A DNA stretch of 64,000 nucleotides from a virus (lineage: Duplodnaviria > Heunggongvirae > Uroviricota > Caudoviricetes), in the IMG/VR virus record IMGVR_UViG_3300020577_007233, positions 189,593 to 253,592 of that record; one strand, written 5' to 3'. Within the stretch, counting starts at the first letter, position 1; every line of letters begins with the position of its first letter. The notes beneath the pieces were generated by a model. It was not told where the DNA came from. It did not search any database and saw nothing but the letters and a program-made list of their open reading frames with translations. Made by a program: the position numbers and the translations under genes. Shown one piece after another: positions 40,272 through 50,409 of the stretch.

Positions 40272-42401
40272 TTAGCCCTCTCGTAGAAAATCTTGAGGCT
40301 TGTTAATCCTGGCATACCAGCCAGATGCCCTGGTCCTAGGACGTACTACCTTCTTTTTGATTTTATTAGCCTTTTCCTCTTCTTTTCTTTTGTATTCCAT
40401 ATGTCTAACTACCTGAAGCATCTCTGGAGTGTAATCAGTTGTTTTTGCAAAAAACTTGACTATCCAAGAAGGCACCTTGAAGTTTTGCTTTGTTATTTCT
40501 CTTCTTATATGCTCTTCAACGTCCATGTCCATGTTGTAAGGGAAAGAATCTCTTCTTGCTTCGGTCTCTGCGTAATCTCTTGCCTTTTGAGACTCTTCTT
40601 CCCATTCGGAATAAGCAGCTTGATATTCTTTCGTGGTAAGAAAGTCGCTTTCGTCAGGCTCCGGTCCAACACCAAGATCGCTATCGTCCCAATAGAAGTT
40701 CGAATCAAACTCCTCATTGTTCTTTTGTATCTTTTCTCTAGCAACACCTATTTGAGAAATCGCATCTATCGCCCTGCTCATGTACTTTCTTTGAAGTTCA
40801 GGAGGCAATTCATCAATACTCTTAATTCCGCTCGGAAATACTCTTTCTGATTGTCTGTTCTCAAAAGCTTGCATTCTAATCTGTTCTCTTTGAGCGACAG
40901 GATCGAACGGCATTCCCATGTTCTCAAGCCTTTGTCTTACGATCTTTTCGGCTCCAGGCAAATAGTCCTTAAGCATTGTGTCCATGTACTCTGGTCGAGT
41001 CTTCTTGTAATCCGTTGGATAGTGCTTTTTGTCTCCGTTAGCAATCTGAGTTGCTTTGGCTTTCATCTTTCGTACATCAAAGTCACCAGCCTTGATGCCC
41101 GCAATATCAGACAACACGGCTGTTCTACCAAGAACCTCTCCACAACCTCTTGCTGCATAACCAGAACCATCTCTAGACCTTCTGCTGACATAGTTTTCAA
41201 CAGCATCATAAGCGTCATCAAAAACCCACTTCTCCAAAGGCGTTGGTCCATACATCCCGTTTCCATAGATGATTTCTTCCAAATCTTCATCTAAAGAATT
41301 ACTTCTTCCAAGGTCGTAATCAAACTCGCCTCTCATTCTTTTGGCGTTGTCCTCAAACCCATCAATAGCCATAACTCTTTCAGAAGCATACTGAAGAGCG
41401 TCTTCTCCTCCAACCTTATTGGCGTCCATCATAAACTGAGGATCATCTTTAAGTTGATCGGAAGCCAAAACGGTTGCTCTAGGATTCTCTTTGATGGCCT
41501 TGAAAAGAAGAATCTGATCGTTTGCACTTTCCTCCGTAGAAAACTGCATCAACATCTTGTAAGGAATGCCAAGCTTCTTGGCGTACCTTTCTCCAAGAAT
41601 ATCAAACAAACCTCTAGGCAAAGAAGTTGGCTCGTCATTGATATCCATAACTTGATTTAGTTGAGGGTCCATCTGTAGTACAGGTCTACCACCTTTAGTC
41701 ACGATGTAAAGATATCCATACTCTTTGATATAGCGGTCTGCTTGACAGTGAGGATAATCAGCCCTTGTACACCATTTCGTTCCTACTCCAAGCTTGGCTA
41801 CAGACTTCGGATCACTGACTTGATAAACCATAGAACCGTCTTCAAGGCTCTTAACAACTTTGACGCCTGGCATTCTAGCTGGATCGTTTTCTATTACACC
41901 AGCTTTAGGTCCGCTTTCAACGTACTTTTCAAGCTCTCGCTCAAGCGCAAGCAAATCAGGATACTTGTTGATATCCTTTTCCAAAGGAATGCCAGGTCTA
42001 TTCCTGAGCATCTGAAAGTTCTTCAAAGCAGCAAACATTCTAGGACCGTCTTCTGCTGGTATGAACGAAAATCTTGGATTGTTAAGTAGGCCGTTTACCC
42101 AAGGAACAAACTCCTTGGGAATCTTCGCATAAAAGACACCCTTTTCCCCAGGTTTCTTGAATCTCTCCTCAAGAACAGGCATCGCCACTTGTTTAGGTTG
42201 TTTTTCAGGAATTGGCTGAGTTAGAAGAGTTTGTATTCTTCTTCGAAGCCAAGATTCGTCAAGGCCAGGAGTTCTGTTAAGCTCAGTACCTATGGCTTTT
42301 TGCACATGCTTTGGTAAAGTCATAACGTAACTAATAAAGTCAGGGCTGTAACCCTGTTGAGTAAGAAAGACATTAAGTTGCGCAAAAACATACCAACTCA
42401 T
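40272..42401 (-). CDS. Large hypothetical protein (709 aa), paralog-domain protein A
   Basis: It shares a segment with the next gene (KLGVGTKWCTRADYPH versus ELGKGTKWCTNADVDG). Confidence 0.5.
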   Translation of the reverse strand: MSWYVFAQLNVFLTQQGYSPDFISYVMTLPKHVQKAIGTELNRTPGLDESWLRRRIQTLLTQPIPEKQPKQVAMPVLEERFKKPGEKGVFYAKIPKEFVPWVNGLLNNPRFSFIPAEDGPRMFAALKNFQMLRNRPGIPLEKDINKYPDLLALERELEKYVESGPKAGVIENDPARMPGVKVVKSLEDGSMVYQVSDPKSVAKLGVGTKWCTRADYPHCQADRYIKEYGYLYIVTKGGRPVLQMDPQLNQVMDINDEPTSLPRGLFDILGERYAKKLGIPYKMLMQFSTEESANDQILLFKAIKENPRATVLASDQLKDDPQFMMDANKVGGEDALQYASERVMAIDGFEDNAKRMRGEFDYDLGRSNSLDEDLEEIIYGNGMYGPTPLEKWVFDDAYDAVENYVSRRSRDGSGYAARGCGEVLGRTAVLSDIAGIKAGDFDVRKMKAKATQIANGDKKHYPTDYKKTRPEYMDTMLKDYLPGAEKIVRQRLENMGMPFDPVAQREQIRMQAFENRQSERVFPSGIKSIDELPPELQRKYMSRAIDAISQIGVAREKIQKNNEEFDSNFYWDDSDLGVGPEPDESDFLTTKEYQAAYSEWEEESQKARDYAETEARRDSFPYNMDMDVEEHIRREITKQNFKVPSWIVKFFAKTTDYTPEMLQVVRHMEYKRKEEEKANKIKKKVVRPRTRASGWYARINKPQDFLREG

Positions 42402-44740
42402 TTGTTTTTTCCAATAACTTGAATCTGCTCAGGAAACCAAGCAACAACCCATTGTTCATTTTTCTTGCTTGGGTCTATGTTGTTTCCGTGATTTACAACG
42501 ATACCGTCATATCCTGTTGCCTTGCTAATGAACCTAAGAACCTTTTCAAAGTTACTCTTATTGAAAAGATCGTACAGAATGAAAGCCGAAGACTTACCGA
42601 TGTATACTCTTGCCATACTCTCAAAAACAACCCTTTCGCCTTCAGTTGCAACATCTCCAAAGTTGTCTAGAATCTGCTTGCCTTCTAACTGTACGGCCAA
42701 CTTTAGAAGACCCCTTGTTTGATTAGCGGTTAGAGAAGGAAAAATATCAAAAGCACTTGACTGTTCAATATGTCCAGACGAAATTTGAATAGGCTTCTTT
42801 AGGTTTACCTTTGCCTGCATAACTCCAGGAGACGGTCCTCCTTGTCCATAATTGCCTGCTGTTTCTCGTCTGCTTGTGAAATAAAAACCAGGACCGTATT
42901 GGTCATTGCCTTGTCCTATGTAGTCATAAACAAAGCCTCTTTCTTGTATAGAGTTTTGGTCGCCAGTTCCGTGAAATACATTGTACTCAGGAAAGTCCGC
43001 TCTTTTGTACCAACCTCTTTTCGAGGTGCTTACACCAAGAAAACCAAAGTTTGATTGATAGTAATTGGAAACAGAGCTATCTTTGCTTGAAAGAATGAGG
43101 CGTTCCATTTCGGGCCATCTTGCTTTCATTATATGAACAGCATACTGACCGGCTGCCCAGCCGTTCTTAAGTTCCATGATTCTTTTTTCAAGCTCAGTCC
43201 ATCTCTGTCTTACAACATCTCTTGCGTAATACAACGCTTCGCTTAAGCCTCCCCATCTGTCATTGAGTAAGTAGTTCTCAACTTCAGGCCATCTTCCCTT
43301 GATAACTTCTTTGGCATATTCATACATATCCCAGATCTTGCCGCTATCAATAATGGCTTTTTCAAGCTCAGGCCATCTGAGGTTACAATTCTTCGCATAC
43401 TCTATAGCGTATTCCTGCGAGTAGTGCTGCTTGCCAGTTTCTAAGAGATAGTCTTCAAACCTCTTCTCTGCTCTTTGAGAACCATTCAAATACCAAAGAT
43501 ACCCAACAAGCTCTTCAGCACGATTCGGGTTCTTCATTATGGCCGCTTCATACTCGGGCCAAGGAGTGAAATCTCCACCTCCTGGCTTGCCCTGTCCATA
43601 ATTGTAGTCCGAATATCTGTCTTTCCAGTATTCAAAAGCATATGATGAATTGATGATTTTGGCTTCTTGATTTGGGTCTCTCCAACGAAGACCTTGCTGA
43701 CTAACTGCGTCTAGGTACTCTGCTATCCTGTTACCATCTGTAACTCCATAGTTCTTGAGTTTTTTCGCGTCAGAAGGAAGTTGGTTAAAGATGATCTTAT
43801 CTTCAACAGCCTTAAGTCTGCCAAATTTCTTTGCGTATTCTAGCATGTCATCAAAAGCATAACTTGGGAATTTGCCATCGTCTTCTTCTTTAACCTTTTC
43901 CATGAAGAAGTTCGCAAGATCCACATCTGCTCCCTCATAAGAAATGTTGAAAGCGTAGTTCTGAAGGAAGTCGTCCTTTTTGATGCTGCCTCTTTGTATA
44001 AGCTCTCTAATCAGAGAAATGAAAGATGGAGTAGGCTTTTTGATGGGCCTGTCAAGAATATCCATGACCTGATCAAGAGAAGACGTTGCTTGAGCATACT
44101 TTTCCCACTTGCCGCCATTGTTATGCAGAAACAACAAAAGAGGACCGCCCTCTAAATACATTTGAGCGTTTTCGTAGCCGTCAACATCTGCGTTTGTACA
44201 CCACTTGGTTCCCTTACCAAGCTCACAAACAGCTTCAGGAGTTGTCATCTCAAGAACTCGCCATTCGTTATCTCGAAAAATCTCCCTACTACCCTGCATC
44301 TTGATGTTTTTGGCAACCTGTCTTTTGCTTGCTTCGTCCTTGACGCCAAGAACCTTTCCAACAGCAACTTCAAGATCTCCAAGAGAAGGATATTGCTGTA
44401 GGTTTTTAAGCTCAAACTTGTTGTTCTGTTGAGTAAAGATAGTTAGAGCATTCGTAAGTCTTCCAAGGTCTTCTGGTAGCCTTATTTGACCGTTAACAAG
44501 CCACCCATATATGAAGAACAGAAAACGATTGGGGATTCTACCTTGAACAGTATGAAGGTATGCCTTGTAGTTGTTGAGATGGTACTCAAGCCTCGAAGCT
44601 CCTTTTTCGTTTGTAAGCTTTGATAGCTCAACCGCCGTTCCACGGTCCCAGTCGTTTAGGTTTCTTAAATAGGTTTCAGCGCTTGGGCTAAACCCCAACG
44701 CTTGATAGTTGATATCAGCTATGCGAACGAACCAATTCAC
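42398..44740 (-). CDS. Large protein (780 aa) with shared GTKWCT domain, four tandem RWPExE helical repeats and C-terminal ART/PARP-like motif block
   Basis: Four repeats in a row: NLRWPELEKAII, KGRWPEVENYLL, RQRWTELEKRIM and KARWPEMERLIL. The C-terminal NVFHGTGDQNSIQERGF...GPGFYFTS...FILYD resembles the PARP/Tpt1 H-G-[ST] ... Y-F-x signature. Confidence 0.5.
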   Translation of the reverse strand: MNWFVRIADINYQALGFSPSAETYLRNLNDWDRGTAVELSKLTNEKGASRLEYHLNNYKAYLHTVQGRIPNRFLFFIYGWLVNGQIRLPEDLGRLTNALTIFTQQNNKFELKNLQQYPSLGDLEVAVGKVLGVKDEASKRQVAKNIKMQGSREIFRDNEWRVLEMTTPEAVCELGKGTKWCTNADVDGYENAQMYLEGGPLLLFLHNNGGKWEKYAQATSSLDQVMDILDRPIKKPTPSFISLIRELIQRGSIKKDDFLQNYAFNISYEGADVDLANFFMEKVKEEDDGKFPSYAFDDMLEYAKKFGRLKAVEDKIIFNQLPSDAKKLKNYGVTDGNRIAEYLDAVSQQGLRWRDPNQEAKIINSSYAFEYWKDRYSDYNYGQGKPGGGDFTPWPEYEAAIMKNPNRAEELVGYLWYLNGSQRAEKRFEDYLLETGKQHYSQEYAIEYAKNCNLRWPELEKAIIDSGKIWDMYEYAKEVIKGRWPEVENYLLNDRWGGLSEALYYARDVVRQRWTELEKRIMELKNGWAAGQYAVHIMKARWPEMERLILSSKDSSVSNYYQSNFGFLGVSTSKRGWYKRADFPEYNVFHGTGDQNSIQERGFVYDYIGQGNDQYGPGFYFTSRRETAGNYGQGGPSPGVMQAKVNLKKPIQISSGHIEQSSAFDIFPSLTANQTRGLLKLAVQLEGKQILDNFGDVATEGERVVFESMARVYIGKSSAFILYDLFNKSNFEKVLRFISKATGYDGIVVNHGNNIDPSKKNEQWVVAWFPEQIQVIGKNK

Positions 44741-47115
44741 TTGGCTTTCTTTCCTTTTGCCTTAATGTACCAACCCTTCCTTGTCTTTTTCTTTTTCGCA
44801 GATGCATCAACCTCTCGACCCTTCTTTTTCTTGTCTTCACTAGGAGCAAGAACATGAAGCTGTTTCATGGCTCTTGTAAATGCAACATACTTGGCATTCT
44901 CTTCTTGATCCAAAGCATCTGGTGTTTTGGACTTAGGGTGAGGGAAAAGATTTGGCTCAAGAATGTAAACTCGATCAAACTCCAAACCCTTAGATCTGTG
45001 AGCGGATGTCAAAGTTACATATGACAATGGATCTTTGTTACGCAACTTCTCAGCTTCGCCCGCATCGTCAATGTTGACGCCAGCAAACTTGCTCTTGATG
45101 AAATTGATGAACGTTTCGCTATCAGTAACCCTCATATTCAGACCACGATCAGTAAAGCCGTTAGCCTCCAAGTGACCAACGATATTACCCAAAGCCTCCG
45201 TAACCGCCTTCATATCCTTAAGCTCAGCTTCTTTGCTGATCTTGTTGCGCCATTTTGCCTCAGTCTCTGTATAGAAAGAGTCCAAAACCTGTCCAAGCTG
45301 CTGAATAGGAACCCTTCTAGAGTTTCTGCCGCTTCCTACAACCTTCTTAAGATGGTCAATAAGCTCTTTTGAGAAGTCTCTTCCAATGATAACGAAATCA
45401 ACATTCGACTTCATCAATGACAATGCTGTGTTTACCAATGGAGCATTTGTTCGCGCAAGGAATGCAGTCTGAGCCGACAACCTTCCAGTTCGAGCTTTTT
45501 CATTAGCAATGCCCCCTAAAGCGTCCTCGGCTTTAGTGCCTTCCGTTACTTGGCCGTCAAAGTCCCTACCAGCAACCAAGTTCTTAACCTTAGTCTTCTG
45601 ATTGACATACTGAATAATGTTGCGACCGCTACGGTAGTTGACAGGAAGCTCATGGGGGACATTTCCGTTTGGAGCATTACCCAAAACGCCCTGAACCTTA
45701 TTGAAAGCCTGAGCATCAGCGCCTCTAAACATATAGATAGCCTGATTAGGGTCGCCTACTGCAACAATTCTTGCGCCAGCCTCAGATAGCTTTTGCAACA
45801 TAATTGTTTGACAAGTATTGAAGTCCTGAACTTCATCAGCCAAGACTACATCATACTTTGGGAACTTGACATCAGGGCTTATTGCAGAATACCACAAAGT
45901 ATCATCATGGTCTCTCATTCCCTCGCACTGAGGAACATTGCAATTTCCGGGCAAACAATAATACAGAAGATCTAGAACCTTGTCTATAATCTGAGGCTTG
46001 AACGTTTGAGCATTATTCGCCGGTTTTGAGTTGTTTGTTGTAAGGTCCGTATCAATGCTGTACTTTGTAATGATTGAGTCAATGTCTGTTGCGGCAGTTT
46101 GAGACTTAGGATGAACGGCAAAAGCCTTTGCAAGGCTTGCAACTTGCTTGATTGTTTGCTTTGCTGCGTACTTGACCGAGTTAGGAAACGTATTGTCTCC
46201 GTCCATCATAGCGTCTGCCATGATAGCTATTCTTTCCCCACCCTGATTCCATAAGTCTGTAAACTGAACCGCACCCAACTCTGCGCTTCGACCTAATACT
46301 TGTCCCAAAAAGCTGTGACTCGTCTTAACTTCAACGCCATTAGGAAACTTACCCTTACCCGTAGAGGCCTCGACTTGATTCTTCTTGTTGAAGACCAAGT
46401 AAAGCCATTTCTGATTTGGGTCTTTGAAAGATGCTAAGTGACGAAGCATCGTTGTCTTACCTGAACCAGCAAGAGCGTTAATCATTATGCTTTGAGGAGT
46501 ATTGAGGAATGATTCTTCTATTTCTTTTTGTTGCGGGCTTATTCTTTCAGCAGGAATTCGTCCCTGTACCTTATTGGGATCTTCCGCAACCGCCTCTTCC
46601 GCCTTCGCCCCTTCGTCGCCCCCAACTTGATTGTTAAGCTCACGGAATTTTTTGAAGAGCATAGACGGGACTTCGCCAGAAATTTTTTGGCCCCTATCAT
46701 CCGCGACACTTTTTACGACCTTCGCTATTTCCGCGGCTGGGATCTCCGCTCCCGTTCCGTCTTCCTTCATGTACTCCCAATAGTTGCCCTTTTTCGATAC
46801 AACCACCGGAATGCCCCCATCTAACATTGTAGCCAAAAACCAAGTTTTTCGCGCAATAGGTTGAACAACAGCATTGGGAGGCTGATTTTGCGGCTGCTGA
46901 ACTTGAGGCTGATTAGGACGAGGCATAGGAGCCTTCGGAACCTGATTCTTAGGAGCGTCAACAAGATTTACAAGACCCTTGCAACCAGGATAGTTGCTGC
47001 AACCATAGAACTCCCCATACGGACCCTTACGCAACTTCATGGTTGCTCCGCACTTCGGGCAATATACCTCTGCGGTTACAGTCTTCGAATGCTTTGTCAT
47101 CTTGTACCAACTCAT
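44737..47115 (-). CDS. UvrD/PcrA-like SF1 helicase with N-terminal topoisomerase-type C4 zinc ribbon
   Basis: The N-terminus has CPKCGATMKLRKGPYGEFYGCSNYPGCKG. Helicase motifs follow: NALAGSGKTTML (I), VLADEVQDF (II), YRSGRNII (IV) and TSAHRSKGLEFDRVYIL (VI). Confidence 0.85.
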   Translation of the reverse strand: MSWYKMTKHSKTVTAEVYCPKCGATMKLRKGPYGEFYGCSNYPGCKGLVNLVDAPKNQVPKAPMPRPNQPQVQQPQNQPPNAVVQPIARKTWFLATMLDGGIPVVVSKKGNYWEYMKEDGTGAEIPAAEIAKVVKSVADDRGQKISGEVPSMLFKKFRELNNQVGGDEGAKAEEAVAEDPNKVQGRIPAERISPQQKEIEESFLNTPQSIMINALAGSGKTTMLRHLASFKDPNQKWLYLVFNKKNQVEASTGKGKFPNGVEVKTSHSFLGQVLGRSAELGAVQFTDLWNQGGERIAIMADAMMDGDNTFPNSVKYAAKQTIKQVASLAKAFAVHPKSQTAATDIDSIITKYSIDTDLTTNNSKPANNAQTFKPQIIDKVLDLLYYCLPGNCNVPQCEGMRDHDDTLWYSAISPDVKFPKYDVVLADEVQDFNTCQTIMLQKLSEAGARIVAVGDPNQAIYMFRGADAQAFNKVQGVLGNAPNGNVPHELPVNYRSGRNIIQYVNQKTKVKNLVAGRDFDGQVTEGTKAEDALGGIANEKARTGRLSAQTAFLARTNAPLVNTALSLMKSNVDFVIIGRDFSKELIDHLKKVVGSGRNSRRVPIQQLGQVLDSFYTETEAKWRNKISKEAELKDMKAVTEALGNIVGHLEANGFTDRGLNMRVTDSETFINFIKSKFAGVNIDDAGEAEKLRNKDPLSYVTLTSAHRSKGLEFDRVYILEPNLFPHPKSKTPDALDQEENAKYVAFTRAMKQLHVLAPSEDKKKKGREVDASAKKKKTRKGWYIKAKGKKAK

Positions 47116-47220
47116 TTCTTTTGTTCTCTCAAAGGTTACTCTATATTATCGTATTTCACAGCAATCTTCCTTTGTAAGATATACAAGGAAAAGACTCGTT
47201 CTTTCGATAATTGATAAAGT

Positions 47221-48291
47221 ATGAACTGGTTCCGTCTTGCAAAGTTTGGACAAATATGGAACGTTGAGTATCACACCGATTCTCTCGAAGCCTGCCTCTC
47301 CGCCCTCTACCAACTAACCTATAAATACCAACAACTTCAAATCCATAAGTTCAAAGGCCACCCTAAACGTCACGAAAACATTCTTCTCGGAATAGAACAA
47401 AGAGCAAGACAAGTCATACAAGATACAATCAATATTCTCGAACCAGCCTTCTCTAAATGGTTAGCTCAACACGCTATCACCAATCCCGTTGCATGGGGAA
47501 CTAACCACATAGACCAACAATTCGAAATGGCAGAAGGTTCGCCAGATGCCCTTGGAACAATGTTCAATAACTTCACGCTTTGGACTGGAGAGAATAGAAA
47601 GATTGTTATACCGCCAGATACGGTAGCTGAACACCTTGATGCTCCCCTTCGAAATGGACAAATGCCATATCTTGCCCAATGGTTCAAAGCCGTCAAAGCT
47701 GAAATGGCCGAAGGAGACAAAGAAAATCAAGGCGAGCTTGATACTCGTCCAGAAGAACAAATAGATGAATATTATGAACAGCTTGACTTTTCAGATTACT
47801 TTGCTGAGTTCTATGAAAACAACTGGGTCTATATGATGGAGCAAATAGCCCAACATCAAGATATCTACGAAGTAGCGAAAGAAATTGCATCCTACGGTCT
47901 ATTCCCAGAATGGTTCGGCTATTGGAGAAGCGTAGGTATAGAACAAACAAGAGAAAATGTAGAGCAAGCCTATGCCCTCATCCATCAACTCAAATCGCAA
48001 CCTATAGATAAAGCTCTTGCTAATATCAATATCATCATCAATACATGCCACCAGAATGGCGATATGCTCGAATACATAACAGAAGAAACAAGCGAAAGCG
48101 TTTCTCATCTCAAAGAAGTTATGTCCTATTACTCCAATCTCTCAGATAGCTCGCCTGAAATGAAAGATTGGAATAAACAACTTCGTGGCGTTGGTACAAA
48201 GTTTCCTGTTGTTCGTAGGCCAAAACAGCCTACAGAGCCGATTGTGCCGCAGCAAGAAGCAACGCCGCAAAACCCCAATGAAGCTTTGTAA
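47221..48291 (+). CDS. Hypothetical protein
   Basis: 356-aa plus-strand ORF, first gene of a two-gene plus-strand island. Confidence 0.5.
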   Translation: MNWFRLAKFGQIWNVEYHTDSLEACLSALYQLTYKYQQLQIHKFKGHPKRHENILLGIEQRARQVIQDTINILEPAFSKWLAQHAITNPVAWGTNHIDQQFEMAEGSPDALGTMFNNFTLWTGENRKIVIPPDTVAEHLDAPLRNGQMPYLAQWFKAVKAEMAEGDKENQGELDTRPEEQIDEYYEQLDFSDYFAEFYENNWVYMMEQIAQHQDIYEVAKEIASYGLFPEWFGYWRSVGIEQTRENVEQAYALIHQLKSQPIDKALANINIIINTCHQNGDMLEYITEETSESVSHLKEVMSYYSNLSDSSPEMKDWNKQLRGVGTKFPVVRRPKQPTEPIVPQQEATPQNPNEAL

Positions 48292-48343
48292 CTCTTGCGC
48301 GACTTTTTATTTCTAAGTCAAGAAAGGTAAGCTAGCTCTGCTC

Positions 48344-48907
48344 TTGCAATTACAGAGTATGAGAAAAGCATTCACACTGATCGAGCTTCTTGTTGTTATA
48401 GCTATCATTGCTTTGTTGCTTTCTATACTCATACCATCCCTTGCTAAAGCAAGAGACACAGCTAAGAGTATTGTATGCACTACAGGCCTAAAGCAAATCG
48501 CAACAGGCATTGCTATGTATGTTAACACTCATAGAGACTATCCAGATGCATATGGCAACCAATCTGTTGTTTCAGGTATCAACCTTCCTGATAAACTTGA
48601 ACCATACCTAGATGCTCCATTGCCAGTACCAGGCCAAAAGCTTAGTCCTTGGGTATGCCCCTTTGATAAAGAAATGTATCCTATTACGGGCGGTAGCTAT
48701 ATGTATGCCCCATACTACTATAGAATATGGTTCAAGCCCTCAATCACAACAATCTTTGAAACAGTCCCGCTGCTTCCAATGATAAGAGACTTCTATCCAA
48801 GAAGAAATAACCTAGTTCATATTGCTAGAGTTGATACATCTACTGATGAAGTTGACCAAACAACCTACGCTCCCGGCGCAAGCTGGCTTAATGCTAATCG
48901 TAGATAA
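48344..48907 (+). CDS. Prepilin-type N-terminal cleavage/methylation domain protein (type IV pilin/pseudopilin-like)
   Basis: MRKAFTLIELLVVIAIIALLLSILIPSLAKARDTAKSIVCTTGLKQIATG is a classic class-III signal. It resembles the DUF1559 (H-X9-DG) pseudopilin-like proteins of Planctomycetes and Verrucomicrobia. Confidence 0.7.
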   Translation: MQLQSMRKAFTLIELLVVIAIIALLLSILIPSLAKARDTAKSIVCTTGLKQIATGIAMYVNTHRDYPDAYGNQSVVSGINLPDKLEPYLDAPLPVPGQKLSPWVCPFDKEMYPITGGSYMYAPYYYRIWFKPSITTIFETVPLLPMIRDFYPRRNNLVHIARVDTSTDEVDQTTYAPGASWLNANRR

Positions 48908-49324
48908 TTACTTAGGTTTGCCAGGGTTCAACTTACGAGCAATGCCATTAACAACATCAACAGCCTCTTTGCTTGCTGGCATTCCCTTAACTCTGTTGTA
49001 CTCTTCGTGAGTACCTATCCAATACCATACATAGTAAGACTGATACTTCAAAGCTAAAGCTCTATGACCGCCGCCTACCTGAGCAGACCATATAGGTATC
49101 TTGAAGCCGTTTTCAACCATTGGCTTGATGCCAACTTGTTGAGGATTGGATAGCAACATTTGATACTTTTCGTTTGCAAGCTTCTGTATCTGAGGCGGCA
49201 ATTTTCTAAGCAAATCCCTAAAGCCCTTTGTCTGCCAATGACCAGTGCCAAAGCCAGCAGCCTTTGTTAGGCCATACTCGGCTCCTAGCTTGTCTTCATA
49301 TGATTGTGAAAAGATAACTTTCAT
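48908..49324 (-). CDS. RelE/HigB-superfamily-like protein (tentative)
   Basis: The C-terminal ...FKIPIWSAQVGGGHRALALKYQSYYVWYWIGTHEEYNRV resembles the HigB C-terminus (...HKIFVKHIVSHAEYDKL). Confidence 0.35.
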   Translation of the reverse strand: MKVIFSQSYEDKLGAEYGLTKAAGFGTGHWQTKGFRDLLRKLPPQIQKLANEKYQMLLSNPQQVGIKPMVENGFKIPIWSAQVGGGHRALALKYQSYYVWYWIGTHEEYNRVKGMPASKEAVDVVNGIARKLNPGKPK

Positions 49325-49758
49325 CAGAACTCCACTATCCTACCGCCAGGAAACTTGTTATACAAAAGCCTATGCACAAGAGACTGCGCTCTATCTAAAG
49401 CCGGACTCTTAACTACAGATATAATGCGATTCTTCGCATCATACCTTCCTTTGATGGCATTGAGCCTGCCACCAAACTCCGCTCCAAAAATCTCATCATG
49501 AACAAACGAATAACCCCTGTTGCCCTTCTTATACCACTCGCCAGCAGTCTCTGACTCTATCTGACCATTCCTAAAAATCCAAATAGCATCGTTCGGATTC
49601 GGAGGAGGTAGCTTGGCATTCCTATCGTCATGAGGATCAGGGTCGGCGCTAGTCCAACTATGACCTTGAGCAAGATAACCATGCCTCCACCAGGGATCTT
49701 CAGATGCTTTAAGTAGCTTATACCACATTGTTGGGCTGCTCTCCTGAGCGATTAGCAA
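49324..49758 (-). CDS. Hypothetical protein
   Basis: 144-aa ORF with a 1-nt overlap. Confidence 0.4.
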   Translation of the reverse strand: MLIAQESSPTMWYKLLKASEDPWWRHGYLAQGHSWTSADPDPHDDRNAKLPPPNPNDAIWIFRNGQIESETAGEWYKKGNRGYSFVHDEIFGAEFGGRLNAIKGRYDAKNRIISVVKSPALDRAQSLVHRLLYNKFPGGRIVEF

Positions 49759-50044
49759 TCATCTGCTGAAGCTGTTCTCTACTGAGAGGACCAGAGCCTT
49801 GCCTGTCAGGATATCCCGCATCAATCCACATGTTAACAGTTTTGGGATTTGTGTCATATGGGCTTATGTCAGCAAGTTGCTCTTGTCCATTAGGTATTCT
49901 AACATAATGGTAAGCCTTTACAACGTCTACAGAACCATCAGGGTTTCGCTCGTAGTCAAGCTCTATCCTGCACTGATGTCCCTTGTAGTCCCACTGCGAC
50001 TCATGCATAGCCGCCTTGTAAGATTTGCTAAATATACTCTTCAT
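49718..50044 (-). CDS. Hypothetical protein
   Basis: 108-aa ORF. Confidence 0.4.
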   Translation of the reverse strand: MKSIFSKSYKAAMHESQWDYKGHQCRIELDYERNPDGSVDVVKAYHYVRIPNGQEQLADISPYDTNPKTVNMWIDAGYPDRQGSGPLSREQLQQMIANRSGEQPNNVV

Positions 50045-50076
50045 TACACAACCTCCCTGCTCTGCATTAACTATTA

Positions 50077-50409
50077 CTAAAGAGGCCTATACCCTTCTAA
50101 TCTTGCTCTACTTACTCTTACTTCTCCACCATTCACACTGTCGCCTCCTGATACTATATCAGATTCATCATATGAATAGGTAAGCAAAAGCTCTTGATCA
50201 TCTGTCATTCCGCTGTAGTAATCGGTTGCGAACTGTTCGGTTGTTCCTAGAAAGGTATCGCCAGTAGTGCTGCCAACTTCTAAGCTATACTGTATCTTGT
50301 GATTAGCCAAAGAATAAGCAACGCCGTTGGCAAAGCCAACAACCTTAAACCCCGTTCTTCTACTTTGCGCGAATTTATACCACATTGCGTTTTTTGTACT
50401 CTTGTCCAA
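50077..50409 (-). CDS. Hypothetical protein
   Basis: 110-aa ORF. Confidence 0.4.
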   Translation of the reverse strand: MDKSTKNAMWYKFAQSRRTGFKVVGFANGVAYSLANHKIQYSLEVGSTTGDTFLGTTEQFATDYYSGMTDDQELLLTYSYDESDIVSGGDSVNGGEVRVSRARLEGYRPL

